64,000 bases of DNA from NCBI GenBank assembly GCA_963745235.1, contig CAVUXE010000053.1, positions 96,001 through 160,000 of the forward strand, written 5' to 3'. Position 1 is the first letter of the stretch. Every line of letters starts with the position of its first letter. The notes beneath the pieces are model-generated. The model did not search any database, had not been told where the DNA came from, and saw only the letters and a program-made list of their open reading frames with translations. Source of the DNA: an uncultured Spirochaetota bacterium. GTDB lineage: Bacteria > Spirochaetota > Spirochaetia > SZUA-6 > Fen-1364. A program made the position numbers and the translations under genes. Shown here piece after piece: positions 1-9,381 of the stretch.

Positions 1-429
1 GGGACGGGGGCGATACCGATGTTGATAAACGGCGGCTACGACTGGGTGGACGTGCGCGACATTGCGGAGGCGGCTGTCTGCGCGGCGGAGAGCGCTCCCC
101 GGGGCGCGAGATACCTGCTGGGGGGCACCTGGGCATCCATGGGAGAAGTGGCCCGGCTCGTATGCGGTGCCGCCGGCAGGCGCGCGCCCCGCCTTACCTG
201 CCCGTATGTCGTGGCTCGCCTCAGCGCGCCCCTTTCCAGCATGATCTCCCGCCTGGCTGCCAGGGAGCCTCTGTTCACGGGGTATTCCCTTGCCGCGCTC
301 CGCGGCAACCGCTCGATCAGCCACGCGCGCGCCGAGCGCGAGCTGGGCTATCGGCCTCGCGACCTGGGTGAAACCATCCGGGATACCTGGCGGTGGTTTG
401 TGGAAAAGGGGCTGGTTCGGGAAGCTTGA
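1..429 (+). CDS. NAD-dependent epimerase/dehydratase family protein (C-terminal part, truncated by window start)
   Basis: GGYDWVDVRDIAEA...GARYLLGG...ARAERELGYRPR typical of extended SDR (DFR/HpnA-like) C-terminus; frame open from base 1. Confidence 0.8.
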   Translation, partial: GTGAIPMLINGGYDWVDVRDIAEAAVCAAESAPRGARYLLGGTWASMGEVARLVCGAAGRRAPRLTCPYVVARLSAPLSSMISRLAAREPLFTGYSLAALRGNRSISHARAERELGYRPRDLGETIRDTWRWFVEKGLVREA

Positions 430-460
430 TTTTATCCCCTCCCGTACGCACCTTTTCCGT

Positions 461-1705
461 ATGAAGAGTGAACTTGACCAGAGAGTCTCGGACCTGGTGC
501 ATGGCTTTGTGCTGGAAAAGTCAGCGGGGACGGAACCGGCCCGATCGTTTTCCGAGGACTCGTTCTGGAAGGGTCTTCGCGGAGTCGGCACCGAGCTGTG
601 GCTCGACACGGGAGACATGGATGCGGCGTCCGTCATCTGGACCCGGGAGTTCAGCGCGCTCACCACGAACAACACCCTCCTGAACAAGGAGATACAGAAA
701 GGGATCTATGACGATGTGATCAGGGACGCCGGGCTCCTCCTTGGCTCCCTGGATACATCGCAGCGGGTCATGGAAATTGCCTTCATCCTGAACGCGCTCC
801 ACGGGCTGCGGCTGGTGAAGCATTTCAGCGCGCTGGTCAGCGTGGAGCTTCACACGGCCACCGCGGACGACGTCGAGGCAGCCGTCTCCTACGGCAGGCG
901 TTTTTCCCGCATATCCCCGAAGAACTTCATCGTCAAGGTGCCGCTGACGGCGGCAGGGTTCCTGGCGACGCGCATCCTGCGAAGCGAAGGGATCCCCGTG
1001 AACTTCACCCTGGGGTTCAGCGCTCGGCAGAATTACCTCATTGCGCGCTTTGCGTCTCCCAGCTACGTGAACGTTTTCCTGGGACGGTTGAACGCCTACG
1101 TCTCGGACAACGCCCTCGGTGACGGCCTGCTGGTCGGGGAGAAAGCCACACTGGCGAGCCAGGCGGCGGTTACGCGGGTGTCGCGGCAGGCGAAGAAGCC
1201 AACGCGGCAGATTGCGGCGAGCATGCGCGGAGGCTCCCAGGTGCGCGACCTTGCCGGCGTGGACGTCATGACAATGCCCACCGCAACGGCCACGGAGGCC
1301 CGTGCGAAGCTCGACGGGAAGTGGTCCTCCCGGCTCCGTGAGAGCTACCGGGTGAGCTTCGCCCCCGGAATCGACGAGCGGAAGTCCGGCGTGTCGGTGC
1401 TGTGGGACGTGACGGAGAGAGAGGAGAACCTTGCCGTTTCCCTTGCGGAGCGCGCGCCTGGCTCTCCCGAAGAGCTGGTCGAGAGGGCGCGGGAGCTCGG
1501 GGTCAGAAGCCTCTTCCCGCGCTTGAGCCCGCAGGATACATCGTTTCTCGCCTCTGACGGAAAGATTCCAAAGCACTCCCGGTGGGCGCCGCGGATCGAG
1601 TCGGGGGAGCTTGCCATCGATTCCCTTCTCACGTCTGCCGGACTGCAGTCTTTCACGGCTGACCAGAAGGCGCTGGACGACAGGATACGGCGGCTGATCG
1701 GCTGA
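461..1705 (+). CDS. Transaldolase family protein
   Basis: LWLDTGD, ALTTNNTLL, VSVEL, NFIVKVPLT (Schiff-base Lys), VNFTLGFS, IAASMR motifs; ATG at 461. Confidence 0.85.
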   Translation: MKSELDQRVSDLVHGFVLEKSAGTEPARSFSEDSFWKGLRGVGTELWLDTGDMDAASVIWTREFSALTTNNTLLNKEIQKGIYDDVIRDAGLLLGSLDTSQRVMEIAFILNALHGLRLVKHFSALVSVELHTATADDVEAAVSYGRRFSRISPKNFIVKVPLTAAGFLATRILRSEGIPVNFTLGFSARQNYLIARFASPSYVNVFLGRLNAYVSDNALGDGLLVGEKATLASQAAVTRVSRQAKKPTRQIAASMRGGSQVRDLAGVDVMTMPTATATEARAKLDGKWSSRLRESYRVSFAPGIDERKSGVSVLWDVTEREENLAVSLAERAPGSPEELVERARELGVRSLFPRLSPQDTSFLASDGKIPKHSRWAPRIESGELAIDSLLTSAGLQSFTADQKALDDRIRRLIG

Positions 1706-1706
1706 G

Positions 1707-2852
1707 TCAGTCCGCAGCGGGGCTCATGGGGAGCGTCAGGGTGAAGACGGTGCCTTCCTCCGCCGTGGAGAGGAAGCCCACACTGCCTCCGAGGTAGTCT
1801 TCCGCCAGGAGCTTCATGCTCCAGGTGCCCAGGCCCCGGTCCTGCCCTTTTGTAGAAAAGTACCGCCGAAAGACCTGGCGTTTGACTGCCTCGTCCATGC
1901 ATCCCGCGTTATGAACCTCGAACCAGGCGCTTCCCGTTGACTTGCCGAACCGCAGCGTGACTGTTCCCCCCTCCGCGGAGGCCTCCAGGGCGTTCTTCAG
2001 CATGTTTTCCAGGACCCTCTTCACAAGGGAGTCGTCACTGACGAACGCGAAAGACTCGGAGAACGGGGCGATCAGCATCTTCTTTCCCTGGGCCACCTGC
2101 TGCCCCTCCAGCTGCGCGATGAGCTGCGCGCTCACCGCGTGTGATTCGATCAGGTCCCTGCGGACGGAGAGCGTCCCGTTCTCCGCGGACAGGAGGATTT
2201 TCTGTCCCTGGATCTCTTCTACCAGGGTGTCACAGATTGCCTCCAGCCGGCTCACGAGCCGTCCCGCCCCGCCCGCCGACGCCTCCTTTTTCAGGAGCTG
2301 GAGGTGGACCTTGAAGCTGGACGCCGTATTGAGGATGTCGTGGAAGAAGATCCTCTCCAGGGCAAGCCTTCTCTTCTGATGGCTCACGTCCTGCAGCCCA
2401 ATGAGAACGAAAGGCTTTTCGCCAAGCAGGAAGGGAGTGGTGCGAACGATGAAGTCCTGCGCCACGGTGTGCCCTCCGTCAGCGGTCGTGATGTGGCATT
2501 CCCGCTGCAGGGGCTTTGCAGTACGCAGGGTTTCCACGATGGCCTGGGCGGCGCCGCAGAAGCGGCATGCGGCGGAGTCTCCGCATCCCTGGTCGGCATT
2601 TGCGCACCCCAGGACCTCTCCCGGCCTTGCACCGCACATGTCCTCCATGGCGCTCGCCCCGACCAGCTCCCTGAACGCCTGGTTTGCGAAGACGATCTGG
2701 CGGTTCTCGTTGAGAACCGCTGTCGGCTCGGAGGAGACCTCCAGCGCTCCGACCACGCGTTCGGCGGTCCTGGCCAGGCGCAGCTCCGCCAGCACCTCCG
2801 GGCGGGACGATCTGGGGGACGGGGATGAAGGGGAATGCGGGTCCGTCTTCAT
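1707..2852 (-). CDS. PAS-domain sensor histidine kinase with Cys-rich motif
   Basis: H-box FFHDILN, N-box NMLKNALEA, G-boxes FSTKGQDRGLG; N-terminal PAS with CANADQGCGDSAACRFC. Confidence 0.9.
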   Translation of the reverse strand: MKTDPHSPSSPSPRSSRPEVLAELRLARTAERVVGALEVSSEPTAVLNENRQIVFANQAFRELVGASAMEDMCGARPGEVLGCANADQGCGDSAACRFCGAAQAIVETLRTAKPLQRECHITTADGGHTVAQDFIVRTTPFLLGEKPFVLIGLQDVSHQKRRLALERIFFHDILNTASSFKVHLQLLKKEASAGGAGRLVSRLEAICDTLVEEIQGQKILLSAENGTLSVRRDLIESHAVSAQLIAQLEGQQVAQGKKMLIAPFSESFAFVSDDSLVKRVLENMLKNALEASAEGGTVTLRFGKSTGSAWFEVHNAGCMDEAVKRQVFRRYFSTKGQDRGLGTWSMKLLAEDYLGGSVGFLSTAEEGTVFTLTLPMSPAAD

Positions 2853-2955
2853 ACGAGAACGCGAGGATACACCTTGCGCCGCGGTCCGGGAAGGCGAGTT
2901 TGCAGTTGTCCCGCGGGTGACCGGGGTCTATACTCGCGCTGGGAGGGGCCACGGA

Positions 2956-3222
2956 ATGAAGCCTGATCTTCTCACGCAGATCTTCGGTTTTCTCTCCACT
3001 TTTGCGCGATTCATCGGTCAGGCCGTCGTGGACCTCGTCCATTACATCCTCCCCTCCGTCAAGACCCTCGATACGCTGGCCGAGCCCATCGGCTACCTCG
3101 CGCTTCTGACCCTCTTCGTCATCCTGGTCTCCGCGGCGCGAAGGGTGGCCCTGGTGATCCTGGTGGCGGGCTGGGCGCTGATCTTCATACGGCTGCTCCT
3201 GATGGCGTTCAGGATCGCCTGA
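2956..3222 (+). CDS. Small membrane protein (88 aa), hypothetical
   Basis: GGAGG SD, upstream TTGTCC-17-TATACT promoter, hydrophobic helices. Confidence 0.7.
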   Translation: MKPDLLTQIFGFLSTFARFIGQAVVDLVHYILPSVKTLDTLAEPIGYLALLTLFVILVSAARRVALVILVAGWALIFIRLLLMAFRIA

Positions 3223-3236
3223 GCGCGGAGAGCACG

Positions 3237-3265
3237 TTGCCACAGCCGGACGCCGTCGCTATACT
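3237..3265 (+). promoter_or_regulatory. sigma70-like promoter
   Basis: TTGCCA-17 bp-TATACT, followed by AAGGAGG SD before ATG 3295. Confidence 0.65.
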
Positions 3266-3294
3266 CCCTTCCCTATACAAAGGAGGGTCCCTGC

Positions 3295-4110
3295 ATGAGC
3301 AGTGATCGAAGGATTTCCCGCCGCCTGCTGCTTGGCGCGGCTGCAAGTGCTGTTGTCGCGCTCACCCTTTCGGGCTGCCCGTCCCTGGGCTCCACAATTT
3401 CCGGAGCGATGGGAAACCAGGCTTCGGCGGGCCAGAGCTCCAACGCCACGCCTCCTGCAAGCCAGCCGGCGCAGCAGAATCAGCAGCCTCCCGCAGGCGC
3501 CACGATGGCCTACCAGTACCAGTTCAATTCCTTCTACGGGGTCATGTGGAACTTCGGCTGGTTCGGCTACAAGGACGCGAACTATCAGCCCGGGCAGGGA
3601 ACGGTGTGGCAGATCACCAGCTCCCGCAGCTCCAAGGGACCGACGATGTTCGAGCGGGCCTTCCTGAAGACCAACACGGATGCCTCCCAGTGGTGGAGGC
3701 TCAAGATCACCGGGGAAAAGAACGAGATCGTGTACGAGTTCCTGGTCGGCACCGACGGCAAGGTTCAGAAGGTCCGCTACCTGGACCCGGGGTCCAAGCA
3801 GATCGGTGAGTTCCTGCCGGACCAGTCCGGCTCCCAGCAGCAGAACGGGCCGTCCCAGCCCACGCGGGACCAGCTTGCAAGCTCCCTTGTCGGGACGGAG
3901 AGCGTCCAGGTGAAAGCCGGAACGTTCACCGCTGACCACTATTCGTACACCGATCCGAACAGCGGCTACAAGGGCGACAGCTGGATCAGCAAGAAAGTCC
4001 CCGGTTACATGGTCAAGTTCATCGGCACCAATCCGAAAAACAACGCCGCCTCGAGCGGCGAGCTCGTGCAGATCGAGACCGGTGTGACGACCTCACTCGG
4101 CTCCTACTGA
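3295..4110 (+). CDS. Putative Tat-exported lipoprotein, hypothetical
   Basis: SRRLLL twin-arginine motif, hydrophobic core, lipobox LSGC, Q/P-rich linker. Confidence 0.75.
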   Translation: MSSDRRISRRLLLGAAASAVVALTLSGCPSLGSTISGAMGNQASAGQSSNATPPASQPAQQNQQPPAGATMAYQYQFNSFYGVMWNFGWFGYKDANYQPGQGTVWQITSSRSSKGPTMFERAFLKTNTDASQWWRLKITGEKNEIVYEFLVGTDGKVQKVRYLDPGSKQIGEFLPDQSGSQQQNGPSQPTRDQLASSLVGTESVQVKAGTFTADHYSYTDPNSGYKGDSWISKKVPGYMVKFIGTNPKNNAASSGELVQIETGVTTSLGSY

Positions 4111-4123
4111 TCCCCTTCAGCCC

Positions 4124-5425
4124 ATGGCGAAGCAAGGCGGCCTCCACGCGGAGGCCGCCCTTTCCATCTATGAGGACCGCTGCCGGCTCGCACTGGAGAC
4201 CGCACTGCATCGGACGCCGCTGTACGAGGGATGGCGGGGCCTTGATCCGGGGGCGGGGGCATGCATCGACCGGCGCTACCGGGCCCTCCCCGCGCTGACC
4301 AAGGATGATCTTCGGGCGGCCTTCCCCCGCGGGCTTGTCCCGCGGGGCCTGGACCTGGACGCCGCGCTTGCCCGTGGCGAGGTAAGCTTTGTCCAGACCA
4401 GCGGGACATCTGATGAGGCCCTGCAGAACATCTGGAACCAGCGCTGGTGGGACGCTTCGGAGCGCTGCTCCTGGAAGCTGAACTCTGTGGCCTCCCGGGT
4501 CGCCACGGGCGCGCACCTGGAGGCCATCCTCGCGAGCGCTCTTTCGGTGGGACCGCGCAGCGAGGCGGGACCGATTGATCGGCTGACCCGGACCCTGGGG
4601 CGCTTCCTGTTCCTGAACGAGCTCGGGAGCACGGCGGAATGGCCCGAAGACCATGAGAAGCGCATCCTGGCTGAGCTTGCGGACTTCAGGCCCGCGGTGC
4701 TGGAGGCCAACCCATCACTCCTGGCGCGAGTGGCGCGGTATGCCGCCCGAACCGGGACTCCGGTCTGGCAGCCGCCGCTGATCGTCTTCACCTACGAGTT
4801 CATTTCGGCCCTGCACATGCGGGACATCCGCCGGGTCTATACTTCTCCGGTGGCAAGCTCGTACGGCTCAACCGAAGCGGGGTACGTGTTCATGGAATGC
4901 GAGCATGGCAGCCTCCACCAGAACACGGACTCCTGCCGGGTGGACCTCCTGCCCCTTGAAACCGGCTCGGATATCGCGAAGATACTGGCCACCACTTTCG
5001 GCAACGAATGGTTCCCGCTTGTCCGTTTCGAGGTAGGCGACATCGGGCGCGTCGCTTCGCGCCCATGCCCGTGCGGCAGGACCTTCGGCATCACCCTTTC
5101 GGCAATCGAGGGCAGGCTGAAGAGTCTTTTCCTTTCAGAGGGGCGACTGATCACCCATCGCGAAATGGACGTTTTGCTTTCCCGCGTTCCCGGCCTTGAA
5201 CAGTACAGGCTGGACCAGGACGCGCCGCGGGATTTTCGCTGCGCCGTGGTCCTGGAGCCCGGCGCGGGCCGACGCGTGGCGGGAGACGCCGCGGATGTGC
5301 TTCGTTCCTGCTTCGGCGCCGGTGCGCGCATCACGGTGAATGTCGTGAAAGAGCTCTTCCCGGAGAAGTCCGGCAAGTTTCTCCTTGCCTGCAGGTCTTT
5401 CGAGCTGGAGGCTTCCCATGGCTGA
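4124..5425 (+). CDS. Phenylacetate-CoA ligase-like adenylate-forming enzyme (ANL superfamily)
   Basis: TSGTS P-loop, SYGSTEAG, RFEVGDIG, CPCGR, IEGR, EKSGKF motifs. Confidence 0.8.
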   Translation: MAKQGGLHAEAALSIYEDRCRLALETALHRTPLYEGWRGLDPGAGACIDRRYRALPALTKDDLRAAFPRGLVPRGLDLDAALARGEVSFVQTSGTSDEALQNIWNQRWWDASERCSWKLNSVASRVATGAHLEAILASALSVGPRSEAGPIDRLTRTLGRFLFLNELGSTAEWPEDHEKRILAELADFRPAVLEANPSLLARVARYAARTGTPVWQPPLIVFTYEFISALHMRDIRRVYTSPVASSYGSTEAGYVFMECEHGSLHQNTDSCRVDLLPLETGSDIAKILATTFGNEWFPLVRFEVGDIGRVASRPCPCGRTFGITLSAIEGRLKSLFLSEGRLITHREMDVLLSRVPGLEQYRLDQDAPRDFRCAVVLEPGAGRRVAGDAADVLRSCFGAGARITVNVVKELFPEKSGKFLLACRSFELEASHG

Positions 5426-6107
5426 CGTGACGCCGCCTCTTTTTCTCATTGCCGGTGGCAGGGGCTCAATCGGACGCCGGGGGCCGGATCCCCTCCTTGC
5501 GCAGGCCCTGGCGGGAGCGGGGGTCCTGCGTCCTCGCGTTGCCTACCTCGGGGCCGCATCCGGCGACAACGCGGCCTTCCGCGCCCTGATCGCTGCCATG
5601 CTGAAGAAAGCCGGCGCGGGACACGTGCTCCTTGCTCCCCTGTGCGGCAGGCGGGCAGACCCGGAGAAAGCTCGGAAGGTGCTCAGCGACTCCGACGTCG
5701 TCTTTGTCTCCGGGGGCGATGTGGAAGAAGGGATGGAGGTGCTTCGCCGCGCGCGCATCGCCAGGTTCCTGCGGGCACTGCACAGGGCGGGGAAGCCGTT
5801 TCTCGGCGTCTCCGCCGGCAGCATCATGCTGTCCCGCCTGTGGGTTCGATGGCGGGACCCGAATGACGACCGGAGCGCGGAGCTCTTCCCGTGCCTCGGC
5901 TTGGCTCCCGTGCTGTGCGACACTCATGGCGAGGCCGACGGCTGGGAGGAGCTGAAAGCCCTTCTTGCGCTTTCCCCCACGGGCTCCCTTGGATACGGCA
6001 TTGCGTCCGGGACAGCCCTCGTGGTCGGCCCCGGGAGGAAAGTCTCCGCGCTCGGCGGCGAGGTGCACAGGTTTCGCCCGGCGAAAAGGCGGCGTAGTCC
6101 CGGTTGA
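5418..6107 (+). CDS. Peptidase S51 (dipeptidase E/cyanophycinase-like) class I GATase-fold protein
   Basis: DVVFVSGGD, nucleophile elbow GVSAGS, CDTH. Confidence 0.8.
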   Translation: MADVTPPLFLIAGGRGSIGRRGPDPLLAQALAGAGVLRPRVAYLGAASGDNAAFRALIAAMLKKAGAGHVLLAPLCGRRADPEKARKVLSDSDVVFVSGGDVEEGMEVLRRARIARFLRALHRAGKPFLGVSAGSIMLSRLWVRWRDPNDDRSAELFPCLGLAPVLCDTHGEADGWEELKALLALSPTGSLGYGIASGTALVVGPGRKVSALGGEVHRFRPAKRRRSPG

Positions 6108-6145
6108 GAGCCTGGCGCCATGAGCGGCGGCGCGGCCAACCCGCG

Positions 6146-6424
6146 CTACTTCGCATCCCCTTTCTCCGAATCCAGGAACGGAATGACCGCGGCTGCCAGG
6201 GCCGGAGAGCTGGATATCGTGTAGTGCGACGTCCCAGGAAGGATGGCGAGCTCGGCGGATGGACGGCCCGAGCCGTCCCAACCGGCGTCCCGCTTTCCAC
6301 CGCCGAACATTCCGAAGAGCTCCAGCGTGTGGCCGGTCCGCACCGCATCAGCATCCGCCCCGACGATCAGGATGGGCATCTTCAGCCCGGCAACTCCTTT
6401 CGACCAGTCGTCAACTTGCTTCAT
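6146..6424 (-). pseudogene. C-terminal fragment of an alpha/beta hydrolase
   Basis: MPILIVGADAD...LAILPGTSHY (acid and His of triad) but no GxSxG nucleophile region; AGGAGG SD precedes ATG. Confidence 0.6.
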
Positions 6425-6482
6425 TGGTTCCTCCTGTGACCACCGGGTAGTCGACCGCGGAGGAGGAAATCGACACCCGGGA

Positions 6483-7457
6483 TCAGAGCCAGCCCTGGCT
6501 CTTGTACCAGGAAGCAGTCTCCGTGATTCCCTGTTCCGTGCTGAATGCGGGGCGGTAGTCGAGCTCCCGTCTGGCGCGCTCGTCGGAGACGACCCAGGAG
6601 CCGCACATTTCCTGTATCTTCTCCCTGCTCAGGATGCCGCTATTGCCGGTGAGGGAATTGAGAAGGCCCGCCGCGAGCGCGAAGGCGCGCACGGCAAACA
6701 ACGGCACGCGAAGCTTCAACGTCCGCCGGTGAAGCGCGCGGGCAATCATTTCTCCAAAGTCCAGCCAGGAGCTCGCGGGACCGTCTGTGAAGAAATAGCT
6801 GCGCGTGCCCTCCTGCGGCCGCTCGATGGCGCGGCAGATGCCGGCGACAAGGTTCTTCACGTAGACGACGCTGTACGCCGGCGGAGGGAAGACCAGGGGC
6901 AGCAGACCTTTCCCCACGAGCCGGAAAAGGATTGCGAGGTCCTTGTCCCGCGGGCCGTACACGGTAGGGGGCCGAATCACGGTGACAGGAACGCGACCGC
7001 TCAGGCTGACCAGGCGCTTCTCCGCAAGGACCTTGCTCCTGCCATACGCTGAAAAAGGCCGCGGATCGATGTCCTCCGTGAGGGGAAGCCCGCCCGGGCT
7101 GGGTCCCATTGCCTCCGAGCTGCTGAAGAACACGAACCGCTTCAGGTCCGCGCCATCCCCGCGGATCACCGACAGGAGGTTCTCCGTCCCTCCGACGTTC
7201 ACGCGGATGTATTCCTGGGCGGTCGGGGCTTTCGTGAGGCCGGCGGCATGGACCACCACGTCCTGGCTCTCGACAAGGCAGGCGAGCGCTGGGATCGAAT
7301 CAAGGCTGCCGAAAACAAACCTGACCGGGAGGGCTGAGAGCTCCCGAGCCTTCTCGGGGCTTCGAGCGAGGCATGTCACCTCGTGTCCCCCCCCGACAAG
7401 GGCTTCGACGAGATGACTTCCGATGAATCCTGTGGCCCCCGTCACTGCGATCTTCAT
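6483..7457 (-). CDS. NAD-dependent epimerase/dehydratase family protein
   Basis: VTGATGFIG Rossmann motif, YGRSK catalytic motif, VYGPRD. Confidence 0.9.
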   Translation of the reverse strand: MKIAVTGATGFIGSHLVEALVGGGHEVTCLARSPEKARELSALPVRFVFGSLDSIPALACLVESQDVVVHAAGLTKAPTAQEYIRVNVGGTENLLSVIRGDGADLKRFVFFSSSEAMGPSPGGLPLTEDIDPRPFSAYGRSKVLAEKRLVSLSGRVPVTVIRPPTVYGPRDKDLAILFRLVGKGLLPLVFPPPAYSVVYVKNLVAGICRAIERPQEGTRSYFFTDGPASSWLDFGEMIARALHRRTLKLRVPLFAVRAFALAAGLLNSLTGNSGILSREKIQEMCGSWVVSDERARRELDYRPAFSTEQGITETASWYKSQGWL

Positions 7458-7488
7458 GATGCCACCGCTTCGCGGTTCTGTGCAGACG

Positions 7489-9381
7489 CTACGGTGCGGG
7501 AGGCAGGCTGTCAAGGTCTGCCACGCTCAGCCAGCCCTTGATCTCGTGTCTGACGTTCGGCGGGAGCTCGCTCCTGGCATGACTCTCGAGCGGGCCTATC
7601 ACCTGGTCGTCCCCGAGCCCTGAAGCCGCGGCCCGCTGGATGGACTGCTTGGTGATCCTGAACAGGACCCCCACCTCCCGGCCCACCCGCTCACAGAATC
7701 TCCCCAGCTGCGCTTCCGCGGCCGGGGACGGGACAAGGAATACGATCTCGAAGTTCGGCTGCACGATGATGGACGCCCCGGAGCCGTCATGGCCATCCCT
7801 GTCGTCCCCCGGGAGCCCGAGGATCCGCCTGCCGGCGTGCGTGAGGCGAAAGCAGGGGGCTCCATCCTCTGTGACACCGGCCTCCGCGCCGTCAAGGGAC
7901 AGAAGACAACGGCCCAGGAAAATCCCCAGGAACGACTTCCAGAGCTCCTCCAGCGCTTCTTCGGACGTTGCGGGACCGGGACCGACCACGCCGGCTGACG
8001 AGCCGTCCCCAGCCGGCCCCTCCGGCGCGGCGGGGGGTCGAACGGCTCCCAGGGGACTCCCGATTGCCGCCTGATACTCGGCGAAATCCGCGAAACGGAT
8101 GAAAGAGGCGGCAGGCACCGAAGAGAAAGCCTGCACGAGCCAGGGCAGGATCTCCTCCCGCGCGCCCTCTGATGAGGTCCAATCTTCTTCCAGCAAGTCG
8201 AAGAGCCCCGACGGTCCCCCGGCTCCGATGGCCAGCATTCCGACAACGCCCTCACGCCTCTCCGCGAGGGACTGGCCGATCCACGCCACGCTCCACGGCG
8301 CCGGCACGAGGGCCGGCTCACGCCACACAGCCGCGCCTGGACCGCGGGAATGCCGGGGCACCGCGGCAGCAGAGGGGCCGCGTCTGCCGCGGCGTCCCTG
8401 CCTCTGGGGGGAGCCGCTCCGCGGGGACCCGTCCGGAACCAGGAGGCCAGTGACGCGCAGCGCCTGGAGCGCCAGCGTTATCCTGCCTTCCAGGGGGAGG
8501 CCGGTGAAGCTCTCGAGCCACTCGGGGACGCTGAGAAGTGAGGGGGAGACATTCTCCACGAATCGGATAAAGGGCTTCTCGTCTCCGCGGCGCAGGGGAA
8601 TGGGCTCCACCCGGGCGGCAAGGAGAACGGTGGTCATGTCTTCCACGAGATAGGGATGCCGGAAGGTCCGCGCCGCCTTTACCGGCTCGGGGGCAAGAAC
8701 CACCGCCATCCTCCGCCTTCTCCGCGCTGCGGCGGGCCACACGCCCAGCAGGGGCTCCAGGTCCGTGCGCCGGAGGCCAAGGAAGAAGACCGCCCTCTGG
8801 ACGCCGAGGCGGATCCCCGCGCACAGATCGTCCCTTTCGATCCTGGGGAAATAGTCCTCCAGGTCCCTCACGGCCACGCGGTCTCTCTGCTCCAGGAAAA
8901 AACGAAGCAACGCGCGCGCGGCCTCCAGGCCCGACGCATCGCTGGGGGATTCCTGCCGGGGAAAAGCGGCCTCCAGCCATTCCACTGAGGATACGAGCCC
9001 CGCAACCCGCGGCAGGTCGTTGGGAAGGAGAGCCAGAGACTCGTTCAGGAGGGACCGCTCCCGAGAGCTGTAGTGGTCCCCCAGGTAGCCGCACAGGGCC
9101 GCCAGGCTGGAGCCGTCGAACATCGGATATCTCTCCAGGGCCTTCATCACGTGGTGGAAGCTTTCATGCTCCTCCGCCACGGCGAGGTACCCCGCGCTCT
9201 CCGACTCCAGGAGCATTCCGGCATCCTTCAACTCTTCCATCGCCGGGTCGCCCGGAGAGGCCGCGAGAGAGAGTCCCGGCCGAAGACCGTCCAGGAAGAT
9301 CCGACGCGCGGAAATGGACAGCTCCCCCCAGAGGACAAGCTCGTCCAGGAAGGTCTGCCAGTCCGGGGGAAAAAGCCTCAT
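7489..9381 (-). CDS. Helicase-associated (Helicase_C_3 / XPB-partner-like) domain protein
   Basis: C-terminal IIVQPNFEIV...FRITKQSIQRA...LPPNVRHEIKGW; overlaps stop of XPB helicase. Confidence 0.75.
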   Translation of the reverse strand: MRLFPPDWQTFLDELVLWGELSISARRIFLDGLRPGLSLAASPGDPAMEELKDAGMLLESESAGYLAVAEEHESFHHVMKALERYPMFDGSSLAALCGYLGDHYSSRERSLLNESLALLPNDLPRVAGLVSSVEWLEAAFPRQESPSDASGLEAARALLRFFLEQRDRVAVRDLEDYFPRIERDDLCAGIRLGVQRAVFFLGLRRTDLEPLLGVWPAAARRRRRMAVVLAPEPVKAARTFRHPYLVEDMTTVLLAARVEPIPLRRGDEKPFIRFVENVSPSLLSVPEWLESFTGLPLEGRITLALQALRVTGLLVPDGSPRSGSPQRQGRRGRRGPSAAAVPRHSRGPGAAVWREPALVPAPWSVAWIGQSLAERREGVVGMLAIGAGGPSGLFDLLEEDWTSSEGAREEILPWLVQAFSSVPAASFIRFADFAEYQAAIGSPLGAVRPPAAPEGPAGDGSSAGVVGPGPATSEEALEELWKSFLGIFLGRCLLSLDGAEAGVTEDGAPCFRLTHAGRRILGLPGDDRDGHDGSGASIIVQPNFEIVFLVPSPAAEAQLGRFCERVGREVGVLFRITKQSIQRAAASGLGDDQVIGPLESHARSELPPNVRHEIKGWLSVADLDSLPPAP

